A program made the position numbers and the translations under genes. The notes beneath the pieces are model-generated. The model saw only the letters and a list, made by a program, of their open reading frames with translations. It had not been told where the DNA came from and searched no databases. A DNA stretch of 39,857 nucleotides, taken from positions 1 through 39,857 of the forward strand of contig CALFOB010000146.1 of NCBI GenBank assembly GCA_937919125.1. The letters are read 5' to 3'. Shown here piece by piece: positions 16,936 through 26,558 of this stretch; positions within the stretch are counted from its first letter, which is position 1, and each line of letters starts with the position of its first letter. This DNA comes from an uncultured Micrococcales bacterium (GTDB taxonomy: Bacteria; Actinomycetota; Actinomycetes; Actinomycetales; Microbacteriaceae).

Positions 16936-17505
16936 ATGAGCAACTATGTCCTACCGTTTCCAAAATCTAAGATCCCTAAGGGTGGCGAGTTTGGTAACAC
17001 TATTTTGTTTGATGGCACCCCACGCACTAACCCTCACCGTGGTGTAGATTTTTCTTTGCCGGGTGGCACTCCGATTCCTTCGTTTACGACTGGTGAAGTT
17101 GTTTTGGTGAAGTGGTCTGAGGTTCTAGGCCATGTTGCTGTTGTGAAGGACCTTAAGGGCGGGTTTTGGGGTTATTGCCACTTGCGTCAGGCTTGTATTT
17201 TGGCTGTTGGTACGAAGGTTGTTGCTGGTAAGACGATCATTGGTTTGGTTGGTAACACTGGTTCAGCGAGCCATGGTGCACATTTGCACTTGTCGTTTGG
17301 TCCTGATGACCAGTCGGTGTTTTTTGGTAAGGTTTCTGACCCGATTGTTGCTATTGAGATTCGTATTGCTCGCGATGCTAAGGAGGCTCCTGTTGCGCCT
17401 GTTTCTAAGGTTGCGCCTGTGGCAGCCAAGCCAGTTGCGGAAGTGGCGGAGGATGTCGCCCCTGCAAAAGCAAGTGTACGTCCAGCTGTTAAGAAGGCAG
17501 AATAA
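16936..17505 (+). CDS. Endolysin, M23 metallopeptidase
   Basis: HRGVD, YCHL, GNTG..GAHLHL; Ala/Pro/Lys-rich tail. Confidence 0.9.
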   Translation: MSNYVLPFPKSKIPKGGEFGNTILFDGTPRTNPHRGVDFSLPGGTPIPSFTTGEVVLVKWSEVLGHVAVVKDLKGGFWGYCHLRQACILAVGTKVVAGKTIIGLVGNTGSASHGAHLHLSFGPDDQSVFFGKVSDPIVAIEIRIARDAKEAPVAPVSKVAPVAAKPVAEVAEDVAPAKASVRPAVKKAE

Positions 17506-17759
17506 TGGCTACTAACATGCACAAGAAGATCGCTGGGCGTACTGTTGCGACTATTGTTTTGAAGATTTCGACTACTGGTGGTGGCTCGGCTTTGCTTGGT
17601 GCAGAGGTGTGGCTGTCGTTGGCTCTTGCTGCTTGGGTTGGTATTTTGGAGGTTGCTGAAGAGCTCTCTAAGGCTTATCTTGAGGATGGTAAGATTACTG
17701 AGGCGGAGCTGAATGAGTCGGCTTCTCGTATTATCGCTAAGAACACTAAGGAAAAGTAA
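17505..17759 (+). CDS. Putative holin
   Basis: Hydrophobic segments, AYLEDGKIT..E.N motif, follows the endolysin. Confidence 0.7.
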   Translation: MATNMHKKIAGRTVATIVLKISTTGGGSALLGAEVWLSLALAAWVGILEVAEELSKAYLEDGKITEAELNESASRIIAKNTKEK

Positions 17760-17959
17760 TGGCTACTCCAAAACCAACTCCGTCTGAGGCTGCCAAGAAG
17801 GTTGCTAAGAACAAGGTTGTAAAAGACTGGTCTACCTCTCCGGGTCAGGTTAAGTTTTTGAAGGACCTTGAAGAGGCTAACAAGAAGTCAGCTGTGCCAT
17901 TGCCTAACCGCAAGAAGCCTACTTCTAAGTTTGTTATTCCTGCGAGCCCAACACACTAA
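17759..17959 (+). CDS. Basic hypothetical protein
   Basis: TAATG coupling on both sides. Confidence 0.65.
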   Translation: MATPKPTPSEAAKKVAKNKVVKDWSTSPGQVKFLKDLEEANKKSAVPLPNRKKPTSKFVIPASPTH

Positions 17960-18102
17960 TGCCTTACAAGTTCACTGAGAAGCAGGCTTACCACATGAAA
18001 GATGGTAAGCGTGATTATCTGCCGAAGAAGCAGGCAATTGCTATTCAGTTGAGTAAGCTTCGCGCTGAAGGGCGTATACCACCTAGGAAGGGTGACAAAT
18101 AA
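17959..18102 (+). CDS. 47-aa basic protein with KQAIAI motif (not in ORF track)
   Basis: MPYKFTEKQAYHMKDGKRDYLPKKQAIAIQLSKLRAEGRIPPRKGDK; TAATG overlaps at both ends. Confidence 0.7.
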   Translation: MPYKFTEKQAYHMKDGKRDYLPKKQAIAIQLSKLRAEGRIPPRKGDK

Positions 18103-18317
18103 TGTCTACAAGCATTGAAATTGAAGTTGAGTCTGAGTCTGGCGGTAAGTGCGACAAGTGTGGCGCTGAGATGGGCTCAGCAGCTCCTGAGGAGTCTAAG
18201 GACGCCTTGTTGAAGCAGTTGAAGGCTTTGCTAGCTGAGACTGGTTCTAATGGCTTGGCTGACCGTCAGATGAAGATTGATGAGCTGATTTCTAAGATCA
18301 GCGAGTTGGGCGACTAA
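18102..18317 (+). CDS. Hypothetical protein
   Basis: Operon coupling; CDKC motif. Confidence 0.7.
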   Translation: MSTSIEIEVESESGGKCDKCGAEMGSAAPEESKDALLKQLKALLAETGSNGLADRQMKIDELISKISELGD

Positions 18318-18332
18318 AGCCTGTTTAAAGAG

Positions 18333-18369
18333 GAAAACCCCTACCTATTCGGTGGGGGTTTCTTCTTTC
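18333..18369. terminator. Bidirectional terminator at the convergence of the lysis and structural operons
   Basis: gaaaacccctacc / ggtgggggttttc stem with T-rich flanks. Confidence 0.75.
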
Positions 18370-18539
18370 ATGCCATCTAGCAGTAGGTACACTGTTGGGC
18401 ATGGGTAGTAGATAGGTTTGCCTTTCAGCTGGCTGCAGTGTCTGCAGCACTGATCCATTTCCTCGTGCAGTGCGTATACTGCGTTGAGGTTTGTGAACAT
18501 TATGCGTGAGCTCTCTTTTAGAGCTTCGGTCTCATCCAT
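18345..18539 (-). CDS. Hypothetical protein (H..CxHC..YPCPT type)
   Basis: TAATG coupling to the giant gene. Confidence 0.7.
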   Translation of the reverse strand: MDETEALKESSRIMFTNLNAVYALHEEMDQCCRHCSQLKGKPIYYPCPTVYLLLDGMKEETPTE

Positions 18540-21500
18540 TAGTCGTTTGCGTCCTTTATTCGTTGCTTCAGTTCAGTCCTGAAGTTTTTAATGTTAGCAG
18601 GAGTGTTGACGATCTGTCCCTTCTGGCCGAAGAGGAAGTTGTCGCGAAGGTTCTGCTTTTGTTCGTCTGTTAGTTCCTTGCCTGAACCTACGGCGCGCTT
18701 TGTTGGCGTGTATAGGCTTAGTCCTTCTAGGACGGTTCGGCTTCCAAGGTTGCCAATGATCTTGTCCACGAGGGTTGGCAAGTCTTTAACGCTTGATGGC
18801 GCGCCGGTTTGCATGTCGGTGCCGGTCATCCATTCGAATAGCGGTTGCGCTACAAGGCTGAAGTTTTTACCAACAATACGTCCGGTTGCTGCAACGTTTG
18901 CGATAGCGTTTTCGTCCATGGTCTTTGATGGGTCGTAACTCCATGTCCAAGTGTCTAGAACGTCCATAGGCAAGAAGCTGCGCTTGTAGATCATCTGGTT
19001 GCCACTTGGGGTTGTTCCTGTTGGCCCGTAGACGCTGTAGTTCATGTAGCTTGGGCTGATGTTGCCTTGAGCCCAAGGGTTGCTGATGCTTGTTGGCTGC
19101 ATTCCTTCTTGGGTTGCAGTGTTGAACTGTAGCTTTGAAGGGACGGTCATTGCTGCAGTGTGGTTCATCGCCATGTCAATGAAAGCGTTGTGTGCCACGC
19201 GCAACCACGTGTAGTAGGTGAACATCATTCGCGGTCCGCGACGTTCTGACGCTGATAGTGACTGAATCGTTGGGTGGTAGCGGGTGACTTCTAGCGAGGC
19301 AGCGTTGAGGGCTTCTTCAACAGAGTTCCATGAACGTGACTGGATTACCCGCATTGCGTGTGCTGCACGTGGGATGTTTCCGTACCATGAAGCAAATGCA
19401 CCTGCTGGCTGTTCGATCTTGCGAGCTGCTGAGCTTGCTTTTGCTCCAGCAACGGCTAGTAGGCTCTTTTTGCTGCCTAGTTCTGCAGCGTTTTCAACTA
19501 CTGATTCGTACAAACCTTGGATGTCGTTTTGGAAGATGTTTCCAATAATAATTCCGCGTGCTTCAAATTCACGGAATAGGGTGTCTTCATCTAGGCCTTG
19601 CTTTACTGCTTTACCGTTTTTGTAGAGGGTAATACCGGGCTGGGTGCGGCCTGCCTTGTCGGTTACTTCTACGACGCGACCGTAGTTGCGGAAGCTTTCG
19701 AAGGCGTTTGCCATCTTGTATTCAAGCTTGTTTTTACCCCATGTGGCGCGGATGTCTTCGGTCATGAAGCGCTGTGCCATGCGGAGACCTTGCTGCCAGT
19801 GTACTGGGTTTAGGGTTCCGGCAATCATGGCAGTAGTGGTGTCACCGAACATGTTTGTGATGTGGTGTCCGGGGCGAAGGATGGTTTGGGTGGCTTTGAA
19901 CCAGCCCTGTACTTCCATCATGCTTCGTAGGACTGAGTTCATGCTCTTGCTGTTGTAGAGCTTGTTCCATTCCCTGTTGATTGACATGAATTCTTTGGCA
20001 ATGTCAGGCGGGAATAGTCCGCCGTTTTCTGGTGATGGCAGGTGAGTTGATAGGTCTGTGCCTACTCCGTCGCCTTGAATCTTTACCCAGCCATTTGCTA
20101 CTGCCTGCTGGAAAGTCATTCCTTGTGCCTTGTAACCAAACTGTGATGCAAAGTCAGTTACTAGAGCTTTTTCGGTGCTAGCAAACTGTACGGCTTGGAT
20201 CATGCGGGTAAGGATGATGAATGGGTCTTCACCTGAAGCAGCAAAGTCCTCGGCACGTTTCTTCCACATCGTTTCGCCAATGGTGCCTTTTAGGTCAGAT
20301 GGTAGTTCTGAGAATGGCAACCATTTGGTGTATTCAGCCAGCTGGGTTGGGTTGAGTGTTCCGGGGCTTACGAAGCCAATCTTTTCACCTAGACCGTAGC
20401 GACGGAATGCTGCTGCGAGCGCCTTAGGATCGATACCGTTCTTGATGATCGCTGAGGTTTCAGCGTTACCAAACATTGGGTCTAGGAGGCTGCGTAGGTC
20501 ATTGATGAGTGCGCGCACGTCAGCGTCTAGGGTTTTAGGGATGTCTTCGACCGGAGTCTGTGCCATTGCGTAGCGGAATGCAGTGGTGAAGTTTTGTACG
20601 CGAGCCTCAGGGGTTAGGTTTCCCCACTTTTTTAGGTAACTGTCGCGAAGGAAGTGGCTTGCGTCTGCAACCTTGCTGACGCTTGTCATTACGGTTGATT
20701 CTGCTTTGTTGAGTAGAGGCTTTAGCGTCCAGCGTCCGGCAGTTGCGCTTAGCTTTTCTGCAGGCTGCTTGAACCAGCTACCGCCGTCGTAGTTTGTGCG
20801 ACCAACGTAAACATTGATGTCTGAGTCCGAGAGCGTCTTTGCGGTTAGGTCCTGCAATAGGCGCTGAGCGGTCTCACCTTCGGTTAGGTTTAGCTGACCG
20901 TACTCGTCTAGGTTGTCAAGGATTTCTTTTGAAAGCTCTTCGCGAAGGGCGATGTTTGCGTCTACTGCACGAACGTTGTTGTCTGCACGCCACTTAGCAA
21001 GCCACTTAGCGCTTTCTTCTGCTGACAACTTACGGTAAGGCTGAGCAACTGGTGCAGTGTCAGTCAGCCCTGTGGTGCGCGAGATTAGGCCGTCTGAAAC
21101 GGTTGCTAGTTCTTTGCCAGCTGCGCGTGCTTCCTGTAGCGCCAGTTCACGGTTGTAGAGCTCGCTTGGGATCCATTTGCCGCTTTGGTAGTGCTGAGTT
21201 GGGATGCTGTTTTTCCATGCGACATCGCGTGCAGCGTCAAGTTCTTTTTGAAGTTTGTTGAAGCGAGTTTCCCACGCCTTAACTTCAGCCTTGGTGTTTG
21301 CTGCAGAACTCTTGAGCAGGTGCTCCTCGTAAGCAAGCTTCGCTTGGGTTAGTTTTGCGGTTGCATTGTCGATGCTTGCCTTGCTTGGGAACGGTAGGCG
21401 TTCGCGACCTGCTTTGGCAACGTTGTCTGAGTTTTGCATCTTGAAGAAGCTGTTGATGGCTTCAACGGTGTCGCTGAAAAGCTGACGGTTTGCAACATCG

Positions 21501-24298
21501 GTAGCGTTTGGTGAGCCAATAAGCTTTGGCATTACTTCCATGCCCATGGTTAGGTCTTTTAGTTTGCCGTCACGGACGAATACCATTGCTGCTGCTTGGA
21601 AGATGTTTTGGGCTACTCGACCGTTTTGCTGGTCGAAGATGCGTGATGCGTAAACGAATTTGTTGAACCAGTCGCGTACGAGCTGTGCGCGTGCAGCGGT
21701 TGAGTCAATACCGGTGTCTAGGTTGGCCTTCCAACCCTCTAGGAGGGCTGTGTAGAGGTCTTCGCTAAGAGTTTGAGCAGACGACAGCGAGTCCTCTAGT
21801 GAGGCTCCTGAGCGCTCCATGTGGATCTTTTCGAAGGCTGCAACGTTATCGGTGATTGCTACGGCTAGGTCTTCGGCAATCTTCTTGGTTTTTGCTTTGA
21901 ATCCTGCTGACCAAGGCTGCTGTAGTTCGCCACGGCTTAGAAGGTCTGCAACAACTTCTTTCATGTCAACGACGGCGTTCGCTTCTTTGGCTTCCATGAC
22001 GCGACGAATAGCTTTGCCGATACCAACAGTTGAAAGGGTGTCGTATTTTGTGATGCCAGCTTTGCCAGTGTCTGGGAATAGGGCTGCTTTTAGTAGGTCT
22101 TCGTTTTCGGCCTTCATTACCTTCATGAAGTCGCCAATGCTGACAAAGACGTAGTGCTTTGCTTCTTTTGTTCCTACAGCCTTAGCGTAGGTGATGCGTC
22201 CGCCGAGGACTGAGAGGAGGGCGTCGTTCATCATTTCAGTGCGAGCGATCATGTCGTCTACGCTGACCTGAGTTGCCTTTGAGCGCTTGCGTGCGATACC
22301 AAAAAGGTTTCCGAGCATCTTTGCTTCGCCAGACTGGTTGATTTGACGTAGTAGCGCTGCTTTGGTGTTTGCTTGGAACGCTTCGGTGGTTGAGCGTGCT
22401 GCGAGGTCTCCGAAGCTGCTAACGCCGGTTATTACGTCCGGTGAGCCCATGATTTCTTTTTCAATGTACTCAAAGTTTTTGCCTAGACCGCTGTTGATGG
22501 CTAGAAGCACGTCGCGCATCATTGGTGCAGTGTCAGGGTTGTCTAGGTAGTTCGATACGCGGGCGTGTGCGGCCTGTCGTGAGGCTTCTACGGCTGCTGG
22601 CAACGGTTCGATGGTTCCGGCTAGGCGACCGTCTGAGTAGGCTGCTGCGACGTCTGAGAGGGCTAGGCCTTCAGCTTTGTAAAGAGTTGCTGCGTCAGCC
22701 ATAGCCATGCGACGCTGAGTGTCGTAGACAGTCTGTGTGCCCTTTGATACAAGGACGTCTTTAATCTGAGTGTAGGCGTCTGCGCTTGATGCAGCTTTTT
22801 CTACCTCAACAACTGCTAGGTGTTCTGGGTCGATTCGCTTAAGGATCTTTTCAAGTACAGGGTAGGCAACTTGGTCGCCTGCCTTGATGCCTGAAATGAG
22901 GTCGTTGAAGCTTGTGTACTTCTTTTCAACTTGTCCTGCGGTTACGCCAACGGCAGCCTTTGACATGCGCTCTATGGCGCTGAGCATCTTCTTGGAGTTT
23001 GCAGCATCAAGCGAGGCGGTAGGAATCTTTAGTGGGTCGGCAATTAGTGGCTCGGTGTCCACGATTGGCTTTACGCCAGTAGTCGTGTTGATGACTTTTG
23101 GCGCTTCTTTTTGAGCCTGAACCCACTTGATAGCTTCAGCCTTGCTTGGGAATTCCAAGATCTCGTTTGAAGCGTTCATTACATAGGTTGCTTCTGGGGT
23201 GACATGTGGCTCAAATGCGCGCATGTCTTTAGCAACGCCTTCTGCGGAAATCTTTGGAATTTCGACAACGCCAGCTTTGGCAGTCTGCGCTTCGTATTTG
23301 GCAAGTCTTGAAAGGCTGCTTTGCGCTAGCTCTGAAAGGATGACAGTTGCGCCAGCCTTGTAGCCTGCTTCTGCAGCAGATGCAGCAATGGTTAGCGGTG
23401 AAACCTTTTCGGCAGTCTCAAGGGTCTTGTATAGGAAGTTACGTCCGATGGTGCCTTCGGTTTTCGCAAGACGCTCAGCCAGTGGGCCAGCTGCACGAAT
23501 GTTCTGTGGTTTTACAATCGGCTTCTTGGTGTACTGGTTTACAAACTCTACACCCGGCTTGAGAACTTCCTCGGTTGCTTTGACAGCCTGTCCGCCAACC
23601 TCAGTGACCTTTGGTGCAAGGCCAGCCTTAGCCGAGACCTTTCCTGCAGCAGCAAGCTTGCCTGCTTTGGTGGCGGTCTTTCCTACTGCTACAGCAGCCT
23701 TTAGTGGGGTGACGAAAACTTTTCCGGGGATAAGATTGGTTGGGTCCATCGCAATGTCTAGACCTAGGTCGATTGCGTTTAGTGGCATGCCTAGAACTTC
23801 AAAGTTGCCGACGTTCTGGTCGATTGGCAACTGTGCACGAATGTCTTTACCGGTTACGGTTGGCTTGCCTTCGATGCTGGCGATAAAGTTTTCAGTACCA
23901 GCCTGAGCAGCACCCTTTGTAGGCTGCGGAATTGGAATGCCGAACGCGCCAGCTTTAAACTTTGCTTGGTCTTTTCCCGGGAGAACGTTCTTCAACTCTT
24001 GGTTTACAGCGCCCTGTACTCCAGCAAGCGGAGCAAGAATGTATCCGAGTACGGTCTTACCAAATGAAGCAACTTCACCAAGACCGCTTTCTACGGTCTT
24101 ACCAAAGTCTGCGATCTTCTTGTCTGGCTGAATGCCAAACGGTAGAACTGGCTTGACTGTTGGCTTTGCCACCGGAGTTGGCTTTACGCCAAAAATCTTC
24201 GAAGCGTCGCCCGTGGTTGAGCCGGTTACTTTCGAAGTGCCCGCGTTACCTTTTTTCCCAGAAAAAATTGGGTTTGGTTTCGGTGTCGGAATAGCCAA
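18539..24298 (-). CDS. Giant internal virion / DNA ejection protein
   Basis: 1919 aa, Ala-rich helical, last gene of a podovirus-like structural cluster; TATAAT at 24326-24331. Confidence 0.7.
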   Translation of the reverse strand: MAIPTPKPNPIFSGKKGNAGTSKVTGSTTGDASKIFGVKPTPVAKPTVKPVLPFGIQPDKKIADFGKTVESGLGEVASFGKTVLGYILAPLAGVQGAVNQELKNVLPGKDQAKFKAGAFGIPIPQPTKGAAQAGTENFIASIEGKPTVTGKDIRAQLPIDQNVGNFEVLGMPLNAIDLGLDIAMDPTNLIPGKVFVTPLKAAVAVGKTATKAGKLAAAGKVSAKAGLAPKVTEVGGQAVKATEEVLKPGVEFVNQYTKKPIVKPQNIRAAGPLAERLAKTEGTIGRNFLYKTLETAEKVSPLTIAASAAEAGYKAGATVILSELAQSSLSRLAKYEAQTAKAGVVEIPKISAEGVAKDMRAFEPHVTPEATYVMNASNEILEFPSKAEAIKWVQAQKEAPKVINTTTGVKPIVDTEPLIADPLKIPTASLDAANSKKMLSAIERMSKAAVGVTAGQVEKKYTSFNDLISGIKAGDQVAYPVLEKILKRIDPEHLAVVEVEKAASSADAYTQIKDVLVSKGTQTVYDTQRRMAMADAATLYKAEGLALSDVAAAYSDGRLAGTIEPLPAAVEASRQAAHARVSNYLDNPDTAPMMRDVLLAINSGLGKNFEYIEKEIMGSPDVITGVSSFGDLAARSTTEAFQANTKAALLRQINQSGEAKMLGNLFGIARKRSKATQVSVDDMIARTEMMNDALLSVLGGRITYAKAVGTKEAKHYVFVSIGDFMKVMKAENEDLLKAALFPDTGKAGITKYDTLSTVGIGKAIRRVMEAKEANAVVDMKEVVADLLSRGELQQPWSAGFKAKTKKIAEDLAVAITDNVAAFEKIHMERSGASLEDSLSSAQTLSEDLYTALLEGWKANLDTGIDSTAARAQLVRDWFNKFVYASRIFDQQNGRVAQNIFQAAAMVFVRDGKLKDLTMGMEVMPKLIGSPNATDVANRQLFSDTVEAINSFFKMQNSDNVAKAGRERLPFPSKASIDNATAKLTQAKLAYEEHLLKSSAANTKAEVKAWETRFNKLQKELDAARDVAWKNSIPTQHYQSGKWIPSELYNRELALQEARAAGKELATVSDGLISRTTGLTDTAPVAQPYRKLSAEESAKWLAKWRADNNVRAVDANIALREELSKEILDNLDEYGQLNLTEGETAQRLLQDLTAKTLSDSDINVYVGRTNYDGGSWFKQPAEKLSATAGRWTLKPLLNKAESTVMTSVSKVADASHFLRDSYLKKWGNLTPEARVQNFTTAFRYAMAQTPVEDIPKTLDADVRALINDLRSLLDPMFGNAETSAIIKNGIDPKALAAAFRRYGLGEKIGFVSPGTLNPTQLAEYTKWLPFSELPSDLKGTIGETMWKKRAEDFAASGEDPFIILTRMIQAVQFASTEKALVTDFASQFGYKAQGMTFQQAVANGWVKIQGDGVGTDLSTHLPSPENGGLFPPDIAKEFMSINREWNKLYNSKSMNSVLRSMMEVQGWFKATQTILRPGHHITNMFGDTTTAMIAGTLNPVHWQQGLRMAQRFMTEDIRATWGKNKLEYKMANAFESFRNYGRVVEVTDKAGRTQPGITLYKNGKAVKQGLDEDTLFREFEARGIIIGNIFQNDIQGLYESVVENAAELGSKKSLLAVAGAKASSAARKIEQPAGAFASWYGNIPRAAHAMRVIQSRSWNSVEEALNAASLEVTRYHPTIQSLSASERRGPRMMFTYYTWLRVAHNAFIDMAMNHTAAMTVPSKLQFNTATQEGMQPTSISNPWAQGNISPSYMNYSVYGPTGTTPSGNQMIYKRSFLPMDVLDTWTWSYDPSKTMDENAIANVAATGRIVGKNFSLVAQPLFEWMTGTDMQTGAPSSVKDLPTLVDKIIGNLGSRTVLEGLSLYTPTKRAVGSGKELTDEQKQNLRDNFLFGQKGQIVNTPANIKNFRTELKQRIKDAND

Positions 24299-24343
24299 GG
24301 TTCATCCTAATCAGTCAATACAACAATTATAGACTAACTAAAA

Positions 24344-25558
24344 TTACTTGCTGTAGTAGTTCTTCAGATAATCCTGTACGTAGGTAAGGTACTTACCGCC
24401 ACCACCGAGGCTCTTCCAAGCAGATAGGATTTCTGCGTTGGTTGGAGCCTTCGCCTTTACGCCTAGCTGAGCATCAGTCTTGCTAACTCCAGCAAGCTTG
24501 CGTCTGGTTGCAAGCGTTACCGCTTGGTCAACTGAGTCTGCAATGTTGTTGAAGGCGTTAGCGTCGCGAAGCTCGGTGCCTACACGCTGCTGGAAGCCGT
24601 AAATGTCTTTGCTGTACTTCTTAGTGGTACCGCCAGATCCTGAGGCTGCTGCGCGTGCGCTGGCACCCTGCTGCTGCATCTGGATACCTTGCAATTTTGC
24701 CTGCGCCTGAGTGTTGGCAACGTTTTGCGAGCCTTGGTTCTTGAGCAACTGTAGGTTGTAGGTCTCGGCAGCCTTAGCAGCTGCAGCTGCAGTTTCAGCA
24801 TCGCCCTGACGGTATGCTTCTTGAGCTGCAGCGGTGGCCTGAGCAATCTGCGACTTAAGCTGAGCTTCCTGAGTGCCAAGGTCAGCCATGGTTGCTTCGA
24901 AGTTCTTTGAAAGCGTAGCAAGTGCGCCAACCTGTTGCTGGCCATAGCCAGTTTGACGGTTGTTGACATCGATCTGTGCCTGAGCTTGGTTAGCCTGCAT
25001 GAGGCCCTGCCAGTTAGACATGATGGCGTTTGCGTTGCTGATACCCTGTTCAGCTGCAACGCTGATTGGGTTGACTGCCATTTCTGGTCCTGCACCGCGT
25101 TCTGCGCCAGTGGCCTGTGCCTGTGCAACACCTGCAGCGGTTTCTGAGCGCTGCTGAGCGGTACGTGCAGCCAAGTCCATTTGCTGCTTTGCAATAGAGT
25201 CGGTGAACTGCTTGTCAATGCGGATGCGGTCTGCATCAGCAACCTTACTTAGAGCGCCAAAGATTGTTTTGACGTCAGCTTGGTTTGTGGCGTAGCGCGA
25301 CTCGGCAGCCTTTTTCTGGGTGCCGATAAGCTCAGTTAGCGGGTTATAGACAGGAGCTAGGCGCTTGTTGATTTCCTCAAGGCGAGTAGCGTCAGTCTTT
25401 GCCTGAGCCACTTTCGCGGCATCTTCCTGCGCAGTGGTGTACTGCTTTAGGGCAGTGCCGGCACCTTGACCGGGAGTGTAAGCCTGACCGTACTTCTGGG
25501 AAGCCAAGTATTCGTTGTAGCGTGCACCCGATTTAGGTCCAGTCCAAGTGTCAACCAT
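24344..25558 (-). CDS. Internal virion / ejection protein
   Basis: Gln/Ala-rich coiled coil; synteny after the nozzle gene. Confidence 0.6.
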   Translation of the reverse strand: MVDTWTGPKSGARYNEYLASQKYGQAYTPGQGAGTALKQYTTAQEDAAKVAQAKTDATRLEEINKRLAPVYNPLTELIGTQKKAAESRYATNQADVKTIFGALSKVADADRIRIDKQFTDSIAKQQMDLAARTAQQRSETAAGVAQAQATGAERGAGPEMAVNPISVAAEQGISNANAIMSNWQGLMQANQAQAQIDVNNRQTGYGQQQVGALATLSKNFEATMADLGTQEAQLKSQIAQATAAAQEAYRQGDAETAAAAAKAAETYNLQLLKNQGSQNVANTQAQAKLQGIQMQQQGASARAAASGSGGTTKKYSKDIYGFQQRVGTELRDANAFNNIADSVDQAVTLATRRKLAGVSKTDAQLGVKAKAPTNAEILSAWKSLGGGGKYLTYVQDYLKNYYSK

Positions 25559-26322
25559 TATGCTACTCCAAGTCGTGCTAGTTGTGCGGTGATGGCAGCC
25601 TGTGCTGCGTCAGTCTTGTACTGCTGACCAACAAGAGTACCAGTCCAATCGGTTCCAGTAGCGCCGTAGTTCTGCAAATACTGTTCATTCATAGCGCTGA
25701 TCTTGTCAGCGATAGAAGTTTGTGCTGCAACTTGGCGTGCGTTTGCTTGCGCTTCAGCAAGAGTTAGTGCACCTGCTGCACCGCCAGCCATGCCACGTGC
25801 AGCATAGTTGCCCGCAAGGCGACGGCGACCTTCGGTTGCGTTTACATCTAGCTGCTTGCGCTCGCCTTTAGCTGCAAGCTCGGCAGCGTTCTTGTCGGCC
25901 ATTGCAGCGTTGCGGGCATAGTTGAACTTTGCCTGCCCGGCAGCCATTGCTGCTTGGTAGGTTGGGTCGCCTTCAAGAGTCCAAGCTGGAGTTGCAGTGC
26001 TACCTGTGGTTAGGTCTACTGGTGGTGCGCTTGGGTCGACTTTGCGGTTAGGCGAAAGAGTGATGTCTCGGCTTGCTCCGGGGTCAACGTAGCTGAAATC
26101 TTTGCCCGGAGCATCGCCAGTGCCATAGCCTACTGCACCTGACATGTAGCCGGGGGTTACGTTAGTCGAACCGGGTGCGCCAAACTTAGGAGTGTTGTAA
26201 GCCTCAACCTGTGCATCAGTTAGGTACTTGCCAGTATTGTTGCGGATAACAACGTTGTCGTTGAATACGCTGGTGTCTTTAGGAGTTGGTACAGCAACTT
26301 TATAACTAGAACCAGTAGCCAT
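25558..26322 (-). CDS. Internal virion / pilot-like protein
   Basis: DPTYQAA..YAARGM motif typical of podovirus DNA-transfer proteins. Confidence 0.6.
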   Translation of the reverse strand: MATGSSYKVAVPTPKDTSVFNDNVVIRNNTGKYLTDAQVEAYNTPKFGAPGSTNVTPGYMSGAVGYGTGDAPGKDFSYVDPGASRDITLSPNRKVDPSAPPVDLTTGSTATPAWTLEGDPTYQAAMAAGQAKFNYARNAAMADKNAAELAAKGERKQLDVNATEGRRRLAGNYAARGMAGGAAGALTLAEAQANARQVAAQTSIADKISAMNEQYLQNYGATGTDWTGTLVGQQYKTDAAQAAITAQLARLGVA

Positions 26323-26558
26323 TATTTACCGAACCTTAGAGCGTTAGGGTTTGCATAAGCGCCAGCGTTGTTGGCTTTCATCTTTGCAAGAACAGCAGCC
26401 TTCTTAGCTGCAATACGGCGGTCACGAGAAGCGTAGCCAGACTTGTCTACCGGTCCACGAGTTGGTGCACCAGACATGTTTGCATACATTTTGTTACCTG
26501 CAGCGTATGGGTTGAACTCAAAGTTGCCCAGCAATGCGTTGCGCTCAGCACCGGCCAT
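26322..26558 (-). CDS. Small virion-associated protein
   Basis: TAATG coupling; FNPYAAGNKMY..PTRGPVD. Confidence 0.65.
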   Translation of the reverse strand: MAGAERNALLGNFEFNPYAAGNKMYANMSGAPTRGPVDKSGYASRDRRIAAKKAAVLAKMKANNAGAYANPNALRFGK

